Assembly (NCBI GenBank): GCA_950097015.1
Contig: CATNEN010000001.1
Location: forward strand, 10,106,001 to 10,170,000
Direction: 5' to 3'
Origin: Macrostomum hystrix
Taxonomy: Eukaryota; Animalia; Platyhelminthes
Length of the DNA stretch: 64,000 bases
Shown piece by piece: positions 1 through 11,017 of the stretch. The stretch's first letter is position 1; each line of letters opens with the position of its first letter. Position numbers and translations under genes: made by a program. The notes below the pieces were generated by a model. The model was not told the origin of the DNA and made no database searches. It saw only the letters and a program-made list of their open reading frames with translations.

Positions 1-705
1 ATGTAACTTTTATTCGCACCGCATTATGAATGGCACCTTTCTTTATCTTTTTGCTTCGGGTGGGCCTGTGGGGTTCATTTCGGGACAATTTCTATTTTAG
101 GAAGGGTACCAACCCGCTAAAGTGAGCGGGGTGGTATGCATGGGAGTTCTATGTTCATGGAGGGGGGCAGTCATAAATCAAGGAACTGGACGGGCATATA
201 GTAGGACTTAAGGGAAGCTTTTCCATTGGCTCGGAGGGTGGCAGATTTCAAATGGTGGCCTCTATTCTCAGGGAAGTGCGAGGAGAAGGAAGGGACACTT
301 AGTTAGAAAACATGGTTGTTTACAATTAGGGTGAGTCACTGGAACTGCGGGCACTTATGTAAGAACACTGATTTTATGTTTTTCGGGCCAATTAAAAACT
401 TACTGTTATTAGGTGAATGAACTTTAGTGGGCAAGCTCGGGGTGACATGTTGCCTTGTTCTTTTAGAGGTTTCGGAGTTTGAGCAGCAATTGGGAAATAA
501 TCTCAACAAAAAGACAGCAAGGGGTTTAATCGTTATTCAGAATAGATGACGGTGGCTACTCGTTTGTATTAGGTACAGAAAACAACGGTAATTAGAAACT
601 TGAAACGGAAGAAAGGCTGGATAAAGCGGTGAAACTTGTCAAAAATGCAAAATGAGCCAGAGTCAGGTAGTTCTCAGCCGGTAGTCCATGTCTGGACCTT
701 CGCGC

Positions 706-1448
706 CTACGGGCGGAGCCACTTTACCAAGGCCGCGCCGGTGAAGGTGGACAGGCCGGCCACCACCGCAAGGCCAACAGGGCCTGTCATGAGTTTCCGAG
801 CTACGGCTCCGGCATCCTCCGGCTCAAATGGTAGTTCCATATCTGCAGATGGAAGGGGTAGGTTTTGATCACCTTAGCGGGGACTGATAAATGGTTTCTA
901 TGTGGGTAACTCCTAGGTGGTAGTTGTCATTCTGGTAAACTCTCAAATGGTGGCTAGATGTAGTTAAGGCTTCAAAAGGGTGGTTAGCAACTTACGAATA
1001 GCAAGACTCAGGCGCAGGGGCTGCTGCCCGATCGGGGCTCGCGGAGCTGTCGGCGTTTCTCTCTGCGGCAGGTCACCTCTGAAAGTTAGGAAAGTGAAAT
1101 TAGTTGAATTTGTAGTGGCAACCTCCAGAGAGTACGATAATTATGCAATTCAACCTATTCTAAATCTAAAACTTCGGGTTTCAGCGGGCTGTTTGGCCAA
1201 TAGAGTTAGGGCTAGGGCATCTGGGCCCGGGCGGGGATCAAAAATAGGTAAAAACAAGCTGGGTGTGCCGGGGGTCAGGATTAATGTCTATTCTAATAAT
1301 TATGCAATAACTCTCGCAAAACCCCTCAATAACCGGCCTTGGAAGGCCGAGTAGAAGCATAAATGACTCACCCTTCTTCAACAGGCTGCGGCTGGGCGGT
1401 GGCTGGGGCCTCCAGGATGGGCGTGAACGGCCGGGTCGTCACTTGCAT
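706..1448 (-). CDS. Three-exon antisense gene inside LTR-element internal region; 98-aa Pro-rich protein with C-terminal hydrophobic (putative TM) helix
   Basis: Exons 1448-1372, 1078-996, 842-706. Donors GTGAGT and GTAAGT, acceptors ctttcAG and ctgcAG. Frame is kept across both introns: MQVTTRPFTPILEAPATAQPQPVEEGGDLPQRETPTAPRAPIGQQPLRLSLAIHMELPFEPEDAGAVARKLMTGPVGLAVVAGLSTFTGAALVKWLRP*. TATAAAA on the minus strand at 1559-1553. Confidence 0.65.
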
Positions 1449-2301
1449 TTTATCAGTAGATCAAAGCAATAATCAGTAAATAAATGATGGCTCTCTAGGA
1501 GGGTCGTTTAGAAAAGATAGCGGCTTGAGTTAATGGGGCGTCAAGTGTTTGTTTTTATAGCACCTAAGTTTAGGGGTAAAGTGGCGGGAGCGCCAACCAA
1601 TAGGAAGACAGTTGGGAATGTGGGAAATTCCAGCATAGGGGGACCTTAGTGACAGTTTAGTTGTTGGGGCACTGACCTTTACGGTGAAGAGATACCGCGG
1701 CGGCAACAGCATCACAAAGCTGCAGCGCCGATTGGACCGCGCGCAACGGCTAGGCAACCGGCCCGGCGAGCATTTTCGGGCACGGCCAGCCGGAAACACC
1801 TGGAGCGCGCGGCAAATCAGAGGCCACTAACGCCCGGCAACAGGATCGGTGGGGACGCAAACGGGCCAACCAATCTGGAACCACCTGGGGAGAGCACGGC
1901 CGGACCCCTCGGACTCAAGGAAAGACGGCCGGGGCCCCCAGGATTGCGCAACCGAGACCAAGCCGGGCAGGAGAAGATGGGCACAGCTGCAACCACCTGG
2001 AGAAGACGGCGAGCCGGGACTAGGCACACCCCTGGGCATCGAGGAACTCTTTTCGCCGCGGCCAGAATGCGCACCCACCCCCCATAGGACGCTATACCGT
2101 AATCACTAGGGGCGCCGACCATTCTAAACTCTTGCACCAATCTATTTATAGTATCCGTACGTACGTACGCACTAGGATTCTTCTCTAGCGGAATTCTTCT
2201 TAGGGTTCTGTACAGTATGTTGTAGGTAATTATTATACTTTTCCCCTCGATTCTCGAGACACCCCGCTACTACTGTCAGTAGGCACGTAAGTGTCTTACG
2301 T

Positions 2302-2321
2302 GAAAGTGAGCGAAGGTGGAG
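2302..2321 (+). other. Putative polypurine tract before LTR
   Basis: GAAAGTGAGCGAAGGTGGAG directly abuts the TG start of the LTR at 2322. Confidence 0.5.
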
Positions 2322-4652
2322 TGATGTGGAGTGTGCTGCGGGAATGGAGTGGGAATGTGAGCCAGCATAATTTTTCAAATTTTTAAGTATCTAATAATTG
2401 CGACCCACATAGCAGCTGGCCGCAAACAAGATCATTAATCTTAGGGCCGGGTTTGGGGCGGCGGTGAATTAAGTAGCCGTCGAATCCCTTTTCCCTGGAT
2501 CTGTCTAGACCCCTGTAGGAATGAATGATCGCGGCCTTAACTTTTATTGTATGAGTAGTTTAGGTCATAATTCCCCTCCAAACCGCGATCAGATATCGGG
2601 AATCACTCGGGCATTATGAGTGATCATTAATAATTCTTCATGTCCCCACTTCTTTACAGTATTCGAGCCCAGCTCGACTTTATGACCTCCCTCCTTTAGA
2701 TACATGTAAATGTCACTGTAGGCAGGTCAGCGCCTGCGCTTCCCATTGTCCCGGCGGAGTAACAATTATTGGCCGACTGCCGGCGGCTGTTCTCGCAGAA
2801 CATCTGTCGTTTCCCGCCGTCGGTTCATTGGGTAATCGGGGTGGCCCATCGCCGCTTCGATTCCCCGTTGACAGGCTGGCGCGAATGTGGGTTATTTTGA
2901 TGGATGACGAGGTTGGCGTGCTGCAAGACTATTTAAGCAAGCGTGCTGCGCTGCTCCCTCTAGGACCTTCCCGGCGGACTATCTCCGACCTTCTCCCCCG
3001 CCGGACTCACCATTGCCGGGCCAGACTCCCACCGGACCCAGAGCACTTATTCCGGACCCAATTCTCCACATAGGGCTTAGACCCCAGAGCTATAAGCTCA
3101 GATTCAGCGCTCACAGGCCCATTGCCTGTTTCCTTCCCCCTTGTAGCGACAGCCACCTCTTTAAGTGAGCCTTCTAACTGAGCCTTTGAGCTCCTGGTGC
3201 GTTGGCCCCTGCCAGCATCGCAACAAGCTTATCCCTTCTCTGCCTTGCTATTTTTGCCCTGCCTCTCCCCGAGAACTACGGGATTGCAGCACGCGGCCGA
3301 TCGACCTCCGGATAAGTAAACCGCGCAGCGGCTCTTAATTTTTACTCCTAAGGGACCTATTCTCCTAGCTAGGCGGCACAGTAGTGGGAGGGGTATTAGA
3401 ATTTCTAGCCTAATAAACTGGCAACGGTTAGCCAATTAATTTCACATTAGGCAAACTTTAACTACAAATTAAATCCTTTCATTTCGTGTCCGCCTCCACG
3501 TTTATTTTATCTATTAGACAGCCCTCAGATATGAGTGGCTAATCTCCTAGGGGGGTGGGCTCTGGTGATGCCGAGCCGAAGGCTGCGGCAGGAAGACGAC
3601 TGTAAGCGCGCATGAGAGTAATAAGGAGCTAGGGATTCGCGAGTAAAATGCGGGATGTAGTGTGTGCATTGCTGCCTAGTGGCGGGGGATTCCTTGGCCG
3701 GCTTTCCTCGCTCACTGGCGGATTCCAGTGTGCGCGTCAAATCCCTTTGCCAATTGAATTCTCCTACTTTTCCCCGCCTCTCGTGACCGCGGCCATGGGA
3801 GCGAGAGGTGTGATCTAATAATAATCGCTTGCGTGATTACTTAGCCAGTGTTCTGTTTAATCTCTCCAGCCTCTGATTTCCTCATCTCACACAGATTCGG
3901 TTTGTTAGTTGCTTAATGTGTAGGCTGCAGTCTAATGTAAAGAATGTGTCTGATGTTTCATGAGTAGGATTCCGGCTATGGATTCTCATTCGAGTTCTTA
4001 GTACTACCTTTCTAGACCCCTGTAGCGCGAATTCAGGAATCCCCTTTTGAGGCGTGTCTCGATCCATTCTGGAGTTCTTCCCCCAGTCTAAAACGGAAGT
4101 TGCAGAATGCCCTATTTTTCGGCTTGTCTAGATCTGCGTGATAAACTAGGAGCTGTGTACTCCGGGGACCCAAGTTCCCAAATGCCTGCGGTGGCAACGT
4201 AGGCGCATTGGGTGGTGGCGCTACCCTCGATCAACTATCCGCTTTGCCGATAGCCTTTCCGCAGTTCTGTGACAGGAGCCTAGGCCGATTCGACCACCGC
4301 TACCAAGGTTAGGAGTCAGTTGCGCACGCACTACTGACGACAGTAGACTAGTTAGCCCTGTCCTGTCCGATTCCGGGCAGTCCTACACCCCTCCTTAGAC
4401 TTTTAGCCGGTTTCGAGCACTGCTTGGGGTAGGCACGGCAGTCATGCCTGTGGCCTATGGGACGAGTGGGACTGGACAGCCTGAGGCCGATAGGACCACT
4501 CCCTGCATCCGCTGAACCTCCCTTCATCTCCTCTCTCTCTCCGCGAAATCTCGCGTGTAGCCAAGCGGTCATTTAAGTCGACTCTGTCGCCCGCCCTAGG
4601 AATTGTCTCCCATGAGTGCAGGTCAGCGCTTGCAAAAGACCCTCCCACTTCA
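2322..4652 (+). mobile_element. Long LTR (~2.33 kb), copy 1, probably the 3' LTR of an element extending left of the window
   Basis: Starts TGATGTGGAG and ends CCCACTTCA. Reverse-complement homology over its length to 21972-24336 and 49581-51922. Preceded by a PPT-like tract; no TSD (GGAG vs CCCG). Confidence 0.85.
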
Positions 4653-4820
4653 CCCGCATCATTAAGCAGGGTTGGTGACATAATAGCTTCGGCTCATTTT
4701 CATTCCTTCTCGCACGACCCCCAGTCGTGACCCGTGCTTTCCTTCGCTCTTTTCCCCCATTGTTGCTTTAGCGACAACCCCCCTTTTTTCGCAAAATCCT
4801 CGTACCTCTTTTGGCCGAAA

Positions 4821-5879
4821 ATGTCCGACCAGGAGGACGAGGTGGTGGAGGCGGTCGGAACTGGCCGCCCACCTAGAGGCCGCGCCGCAGCAGCGGCGCG
4901 CGCCGAACCCCCAGCGGCTGCTGCAGCACAGCAAGCCGACCCTCTAGAGCGTCTAGCGCTGCTTTTAGAGCGCATTGAATTGCGGCGACCCCGGCACCCT
5001 CGGGTCAAAATCGCCATCGAACCCTATGAATCCCAAAAAGACTCCTTCCCCCTCTGGCTGCGCCGCTTCAGCCTGAAGCTGGAGGCGGAAGGCCTAGAAA
5101 CCGAGGAGGAAAGGATCCTGACCCTCCTGGCCCATTTGGGAGGCGAGCCCCTCACCGAGGCGATGGCCCTGCTCCGCCGTGGGACTTATGCTAGATTTGT
5201 GCAGGAGCTGACCGAGGCCCTCAGTGGCGCCTGCACCCCCTACGCCCGACTCCTGAGTGGGCGGAATCTGAAGCAGGGGCGGGACGAAACGTACGCCTCG
5301 TTCGCAGATCGGCTGAGGACCGCCGCCCTGCAGGCCACCCTCAACGGCCATGGCGTGCACTTTGAACGCGCCCTTTTGGCCTCCTTCATGGAGGGCATTG
5401 TGGCCACCCCGGAAGTCCTGGCGCCCATCATGAGGATGGAGTTTGCCACGGCGGAGGACGCGGCAGCCGAACTGCGTGCCGCCACGCAGGCCCACGAGAT
5501 GGCTGTCGAGCGCGACCCTCGCCGACGGGTGCGCCTGGTCAGAGCGGAGCCCGACGAAGGGCAGGGCCAGCCGGAGCCGCAGCACCGGCCGACGGAAGAA
5601 CTAGTCAGGGTGACCCAGCAGCTAGCTGAGATTGTTCAGCAGCTGCGGGAAGCCAAACCCAACCCCATCCCCCCGCTCTGCCCGCATCCAACCGGGCACC
5701 AGTGGCACCCTACGCGCTCAGGACACGGAGCCGCTAGGGAGGCGAACGTTGAGTCGGCTAAGGGAAATGGGAACGGGGCCGCCAACTGGAGGCAGGCCAA
5801 CGGCTCCGCGACCCAGCCCGCAGCCCGACCGTCGGAGCGGCGGCACCCGCTGCCTCCGCCCACCGAAAAGTCCGAGTAA
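4821..5879 (+). CDS. gag: Ty3/Gypsy-type Gag-like protein
   Basis: First ATG at 4821 (MSDQEDE). Capsid-like motifs: PYESQKDSFPLWLRRF, LLAHLGGE, LKQGRDETYASFADRL. Confidence 0.85.
   Translation: MSDQEDEVVEAVGTGRPPRGRAAAAARAEPPAAAAAQQADPLERLALLLERIELRRPRHPRVKIAIEPYESQKDSFPLWLRRFSLKLEAEGLETEEERILTLLAHLGGEPLTEAMALLRRGTYARFVQELTEALSGACTPYARLLSGRNLKQGRDETYASFADRLRTAALQATLNGHGVHFERALLASFMEGIVATPEVLAPIMRMEFATAEDAAAELRAATQAHEMAVERDPRRRVRLVRAEPDEGQGQPEPQHRPTEELVRVTQQLAEIVQQLREAKPNPIPPLCPHPTGHQWHPTRSGHGAAREANVESAKGNGNGAANWRQANGSATQPAARPSERRHPLPPPTEKSE
5762..5807 (+). other. -1 programmed ribosomal frameshift signal (gag to protease)
   Basis: G GGA AAT heptamer in the gag frame at 5762-5768, 6-nt spacer, then stem GGGGCCG(5775-5781)/CGGCTCC(5801-5807). 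The -1 frame opens right after TAA 5759-5761 and stays open into the protease. Confidence 0.75.
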
Positions 5880-6313
5880 ATTCACTCGGCCGAGTCCCCA
5901 CCCAAGTGCGCACCCGCCCCAATCGCTCTGAGAAGCTTAGTGAGGTGTGGGTAGCCTTGGAGGTGGACGGGGCACCCCTTGACCTCCTGATCGACACTGG
6001 GTCAATGGTGAATGTGCTCCCGGGCTCGTTGTCATCAATCTTCCAGCATTTCCCATTTGAACCCCCCCCCCAATTTTCGCTAATTGCTTATAATGGCACA
6101 CCGATCATTGCACTATCGCAAGTCAAGATCAAGTTACAGGTTGGCGCCGAAGCACTGGACACGCTATTCCTAGTGGTCGAGGGCGACTCCTCTCCCCTGC
6201 TAGGCGCCTCCTGGTTGGCTCACCATCATGCCATCCTGGATTTTGACTCGCGTCAATTAATCATCTACAGCCAATCTATCCCTTTCTCGCTCAGGCGGAG
6301 GCCTGCTCTTTAG
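5762..6313 (+). CDS. Retropepsin (aspartic protease), -1 frame of gag; no RT/RH/IN follows
   Basis: LLIDTGSMVNV catalytic motif and PLLGASWL; stop TAG at 6311-6313. Confidence 0.85.
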   Translation, partial: GKWERGRQLEAGQRLRDPARSPTVGAAAPAASAHRKVRVNSLGRVPTQVRTRPNRSEKLSEVWVALEVDGAPLDLLIDTGSMVNVLPGSLSSIFQHFPFEPPPQFSLIAYNGTPIIALSQVKIKLQVGAEALDTLFLVVEGDSSPLLGASWLAHHHAILDFDSRQLIIYSQSIPFSLRRRPAL

Positions 6314-6459
6314 GGTCGAGGAACCCCCTCTCTTCCCATTTCCCTCCCCCTCCCCTTCTCTTTCCCCCCTTCCCCCCCTTTGATACTATTTAGAGGAAGA
6401 GCCGCAAGCGTAGCGAAAGATGGTCATTTCATTCCTAGCGAAGGGCATCTACCTCAGTC

Positions 6460-6711
6460 ATGGCTAGCTTTGGCACCGTTCTGGCGTGGTGGCTGGAAGT
6501 GGCCGCCACGGATTATCGCCGCGAACTGGCAGGAAAAAGGACCTGGCTGATGGTCCGCCTGTGGCTGCTGCCCCTGTTGGGACGAGCGGCCCAAGCAGGC
6601 GTCGACCTCGCCCTTGCCTGCCAGCTGGCAGAATCTAGGTGGCTGGCCCAGGCGTGGTGCGAGGAGCGGGACCCTCTGCCGCCTAGGGGAGAGGCTAATT
6701 TAAATGGCTAA
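6460..6711 (+). CDS. Small Trp/Leu-rich ORF downstream of protease, function unknown
   Basis: ATG in gtcATGG context; preceded by a pyrimidine tract (6325-6380) and tttAG at ~6393; GC-rich like the gag-PR unit. Confidence 0.3.
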   Translation: MASFGTVLAWWLEVAATDYRRELAGKRTWLMVRLWLLPLLGRAAQAGVDLALACQLAESRWLAQAWCEERDPLPPRGEANLNG

Positions 6712-7149
6712 AAATAATAAGTTCTTCAGCTATTAACATATTCAACATTATTGAACAGGTACTTATCACACTAGCTGGAATGGTGGCATTGTTGACTGGC
6801 TTAAGGCAGTACTGCCTAGCAACTGCTTTCCTTACATCAGTGCATCTGAGAACTGGTCACATTGTAAGTACTTGACTAATCATGATCCTTTTGTGAAATA
6901 CTTGAAACCTAACCCACAATTGATAGCTACTAGCTTTTTGAGCCATTGGTTTGGATAATGTGTACAGGTTCAGTTTGTCTAAAAATGTGCTATGCATGCA
7001 TTTTTTTAACTCAAAAGCTTACTAAACATAGACTACTTTTGTATGTCAGACCCTAAAGTGTCATAAAAATTATAGCCATTCACTAGCTATTGACAGCTGT
7101 TGGTACTAGCTAGGGTTATTTGGTCTGCTGCATTCACGTGAGACAATTT

Positions 7150-7360
7150 GTGTCCTTTAGCAAGACACTAATTTAACTCTGCATTGCTTCAGTTCACCAA
7201 CTGTTAAATGGTACCAGCATTCGCTGGGATAATTGAAAGTGGGTGTGGCGTCCCCCCAGACCATGGACTGTACAGCTGTACGCAGTCTTCAGATGCGCCG
7301 TGAAATAGCTGCGGCTGTGCTGTCGGCTGCACATCTGGCCCGATTGGTGTAATCAATTAT
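7150..7360 (+). mobile_element. 5'-truncated CORE-like SINE
   Basis: GTGTCCTTTAGCAAGACAC...TGCTTCAGTTCACC..CTGT.AAATGGTACC; body matches the SINE at 35360-35635. Confidence 0.65.
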
Positions 7361-7529
7361 TAGTCACTTGCATCCATGTACAAGGTTGGTTCAAAGCACT
7401 TTTGTTCATTGATTAGTAGCTCTGATAACTTTAGAGATGGAGGTGTAGTAGATCTTGAAACAGCCGCAAGTTAAGGCAAGTCAAGTTACTTGTACTGGTA
7501 TCTAGTATTTGGTCCTACCATAGCCAGTG

Positions 7530-8126
7530 GGGGCGAGTGGGTCAGCGGCTAACGTCGCTGCCTCGCACTCCAAAGGACGCTAGTTCGATTCACCCTTCGA
7601 GTCACGGTTAATTTCGGGACTTGTTGGGGGGGTTTGGACAGTAGCGACCGGCGGAGGTGCACCATATTTCGTGCAATCAAAGCTTGAAATAATAGCTTCG
7701 CTCCTACCTTCTGTGTGCCTGTTCTGCGTTGTATGAGTTTGTGCGTTGGCGCTGGGGCGTTAGACCTTGCGGGGGGTGGCTGGAGGGCGGGTGTACACCG
7801 CCGCGCACTCTCTGGAATTCCGTCAGCGCGATTGGATAAGTGTACACTCATCACCCTGCCCCCCTGAGGACTGATTTCTTATCAGCCTTCCGCCCCGGCT
7901 CGGTCTGCTCTGTGCGTGTGGGGCGGGGGTGGGGGATGCTGCTGCCTATTCTGGGAGCCTCCTGCCCTCCCCGGCTGGTCTGTGCTGCTGTATGTGGTGC
8001 CTGCTCAGGGGAGGCGGCGCGATGGGCGCTAAAGCGCCTAGTTCGCCGGTCTGAGGGCGTGCCGCTCCGTCGCTTGTGCGACAAGTGCCCCGGGCCCCCC
8101 TGCAGATAGATAGATAGATAGATAGA
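7530..8126 (+). mobile_element. tRNA-derived SINE (~600 bp) with (GATA)n tail
   Basis: 14-bp TSD TACCATAGCCAGTG (7516-7529 and 8127-8140); A-box-like TGGGTCAGCGG and B-box AGTTCGATTC; GATA repeat tail. Confidence 0.85.
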
Positions 8127-8309
8127 TACCATAGCCAGTGATCCCAGTGTATACATGAGTTATTTGGTCTGGTTCAATGGTATTTAGCAGCTAGGGGTCA
8201 GCAAACTTATTAGCCTGTGGGCCACGTACAGAACCTAAAAGACGACGGCCGTTTTAACTGTAGGAATCTGAGAAAGGGGAGGGATTAGACATGGGAGAGA
8301 TGAGGCAGG

Positions 8310-8760
8310 GGGAATTAGGGTGGGGGGTTTGATTCCCAACTCTACTAGTACAATTTATGCCCTTTGGCAGGACGTCTAACTTATTTGCTTCAGTTCACCC
8401 AGTTATAAAAGTAATAATAATGCAATTACTAATTACACCTGTTACAGCTAATACTGGTACCCATCCATTTAATAGCTAGCTAGGTGAACTGAAGAAATTC
8501 AGAGTTAAGTGCCTTTCTTAGACACACAAATTGAAATAGGAGTCAGGAATCGAACCATCAAGCTTCAAGATGCGAGTCCGACGCTCTAACTGCTGGCTAC
8601 AACCCAGCTGTAAAATGGGTACCAATATTAACTAGGGGAACTGAAGGTGGGTCTGGCATCCCTAAGTCCATGGACTGAACAGCCATGTGCAGCCCTTAGA
8701 TACGAGCGTATGCAGCACAATAGCTGTGGCTGTTGTGTTGACCATACTGCACAATTGGCG
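8310..8760. mobile_element. Cluster of CORE-like SINE fragments in both orientations
   Basis: B-box+core at 8320-8410 (+), tRNA head+core at 8455-8605 (-), 3' body at 8600-8760 (+). Confidence 0.6.
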
Positions 8761-10489
8761 GGATAGATATAATAAGTTATATTAATTACTTAGCCTATAT
8801 ATAATATATATGCTATGTTATTTATTTTTCGGCTCTATTTAATACATCTAAAACTAACAAGCTAACCAACAACTCTCTTAACCACCTTATCTTTTTCAAA
8901 CAGGTTAAGGAATGGCAAGATTCTCGATCTGCATGTACGAGAGCTTACTGGAACTTCTACTGTATCTGGTGCTTGGCCAACAAGAGCTAGCCTGAATGCT
9001 GCTGCCATCCAAGATTATGAAAGGCATGATCAGCATGACTTGCTCACTGTTAACTGACAGATCTTTGCTGTTCTTAATGCCTAAGCATGACCAAAACTGC
9101 ATACCACATACCTAAACCAGCTAATAGTAATAAGTAATAATACATTTTTTCATGACAATTAGTTCTCATATCATAGCTATATAGCATGCAGTTTCTTTCT
9201 TTCACTGTTTCAATAAAATAGCCACTTGTGAAAGCCCCAGAATAAAAAGAAGTTAGACTTGAAGTATCTAGAGCAGAAAATAGGAATTGTAACCTAGCTA
9301 TATAGTATATAGGCATTTTAGCCTCACATGGTACAATTCATTATAATAATGTTGCAAAAATATGTATTTTTTGCTAAATAAAAATAAATATACGCTATGT
9401 GCTTTAAAATAGCACTCTTTTTTTTAAATATTCCTGCAGCTTCATAATATATCCTAACTAAGCTACACTGACATTGCTGATCAAATAGACTTTCACTTAA
9501 TATAGATAAACCACAAAGTGATGGCGAGTTTCATATCAGTGTTTATATTCACTTTGTCTTGTCTAATGAATTTTAGTGTCTTTTAGTGTGAATAGTTTTT
9601 GAGAATTCGTTGATCGAATCGAGAATTCTCACGTACATAATATCTAATTAATTGAGGATCCCGTCAGATCAAAGTGAAAGTTTGCAGTGCATGCGCTTTC
9701 AAAAACTTTGCTCAGGCCATTCTTACGTTTTTAAGCTGCAATTTGAAACTAAAAAATTGATTCTGACTTCTTATTAAGCTTAGTGTAACTGGCTTCTTCT
9801 GAGACAAAACTTTTTATTGCCTGCGGTCAAAATACATGTGTTGTTAAATTTTACATTCACGTCGCCTTTTTACGGACTCAAATCGGACGGAAAGCGGACC
9901 ATCACAATTATGCGATTTCAACCTATTCTATATACTCCTAAATACATAGCTATTCGAGATGTAATTCAATTAAAGCAGTTGCCGCAGTATCAATAATTTT
10001 ATACGGCTATTGAGCGGTTTACTGCAGATGGCCGGAATATGCATGGCCGACCAGAAGATCGCATTGTATACACGCTCAGAATATTTTGATGATTCCACTA
10101 TATACTCGTAAATTGTTTCACTGAATGTGCACACAAATTTTATTTTCCAGCTCTCACTGATCATTAAAACAGTAAGGATATGTATTGTAAATAAGTTATA
10201 TCTCAAAACGAAATATTCGATTATACTTGCTGCACTACTAACGTTTAAATACGAGTAGTATTTCAAGCATGTTACGAGCATGTTGTCTCGTAGGTTCTGT
10301 ACAGTAGATCAAAAAAGGACCTTTGCGGACTGGAATCGGACTGTTATAATTACACTATTTTTCATCTTTTAAATGCATAAGTAGCTGAAAATAAAGCCTC
10401 TTAAGGCGTTTTTAGCAGCTAACTCAACATCATCATCATCATCAGACCTTTTATCGCCTTTCGGCGTGGTCGAACCGGGCGGGTCAATC

Positions 10490-11017
10490 TTAGATACCAC
10501 TACAGCCTCTTCTATGTCGTGCCAGATTCGTTGCCGCCTGTGTCCGACCGCAATCCGGGCACGGAACGCGTCTGCTGCGGTAGATTCTGGCGACGTTTTC
10601 GACCAACTGCGTTTGGCCCTCGGTGTTGTTCATGGTCGCTTGCGGCCCGTGCTTTTGTGCGCATTTGATCCAGTGTCTCGCGAAGTTGCTGCTGCTAATC
10701 CACTTCCCGCAGCCGACGCAGTTCTTACGGCCGTCGATCTGGGGGGCTCCCCGGCACCACTTTTGGTGGTTCTTCCTGGTTGCTTCTGATTTGAAAGTCC
10801 TCTCGCATTTGTGGCAGGGGAGGGAGACTGCGGCGACGGAGTGATGTAGGCGTCTGCAGTGGATGGCCAGTCCGCCCCTGGATGCGCATATTTTGTTACA
10901 GCCTTCATACTTGCAATGGTACCCTGTTAGTTCGTTCTCTTGGGTATCCTCGGTCCCGTGGGGGGTGTTTCGTTTCGTTGGTCCCCCGCTGTTGTCGTGT
11001 TGTTGCCGCGTTTGCAT
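10490..11017 (-). CDS. C-terminal C2H2/C2HC zinc-finger segment of the LINE, in a shifted frame
   Basis: Four fingers: CKYEGC..HCRRLH, CHKC..HQKWC, CVGC..HWIKC, CPDC..HRRGC. Confidence 0.75.
   Translation of the reverse strand: MQTRQQHDNSGGPTKRNTPHGTEDTQENELTGYHCKYEGCNKICASRGGLAIHCRRLHHSVAAVSLPCHKCERTFKSEATRKNHQKWCRGAPQIDGRKNCVGCGKWISSSNFARHWIKCAQKHGPQATMNNTEGQTQLVENVARIYRSRRVPCPDCGRTQAATNLARHRRGCSGI

Noticed and set aside
1690-2140. Second accessory gene in the GC-rich patch before the PPT
   Set aside because: Several short overlapping ORFs on both strands, none with convincing start, splice or motif support.
4325-4350. CTGACGA/CTGATGA in the LTR as a hammerhead (retrozyme) core
   Set aside because: No correctly placed GAAA or stems; the motif sits in a simple hairpin.
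4672-4690. TGGTGACATAATAG as the PBS of LTR copy 1
   Set aside because: It is 20 nt from the LTR end, and I cannot match it to a tRNA 3' end beyond ~7 nt.
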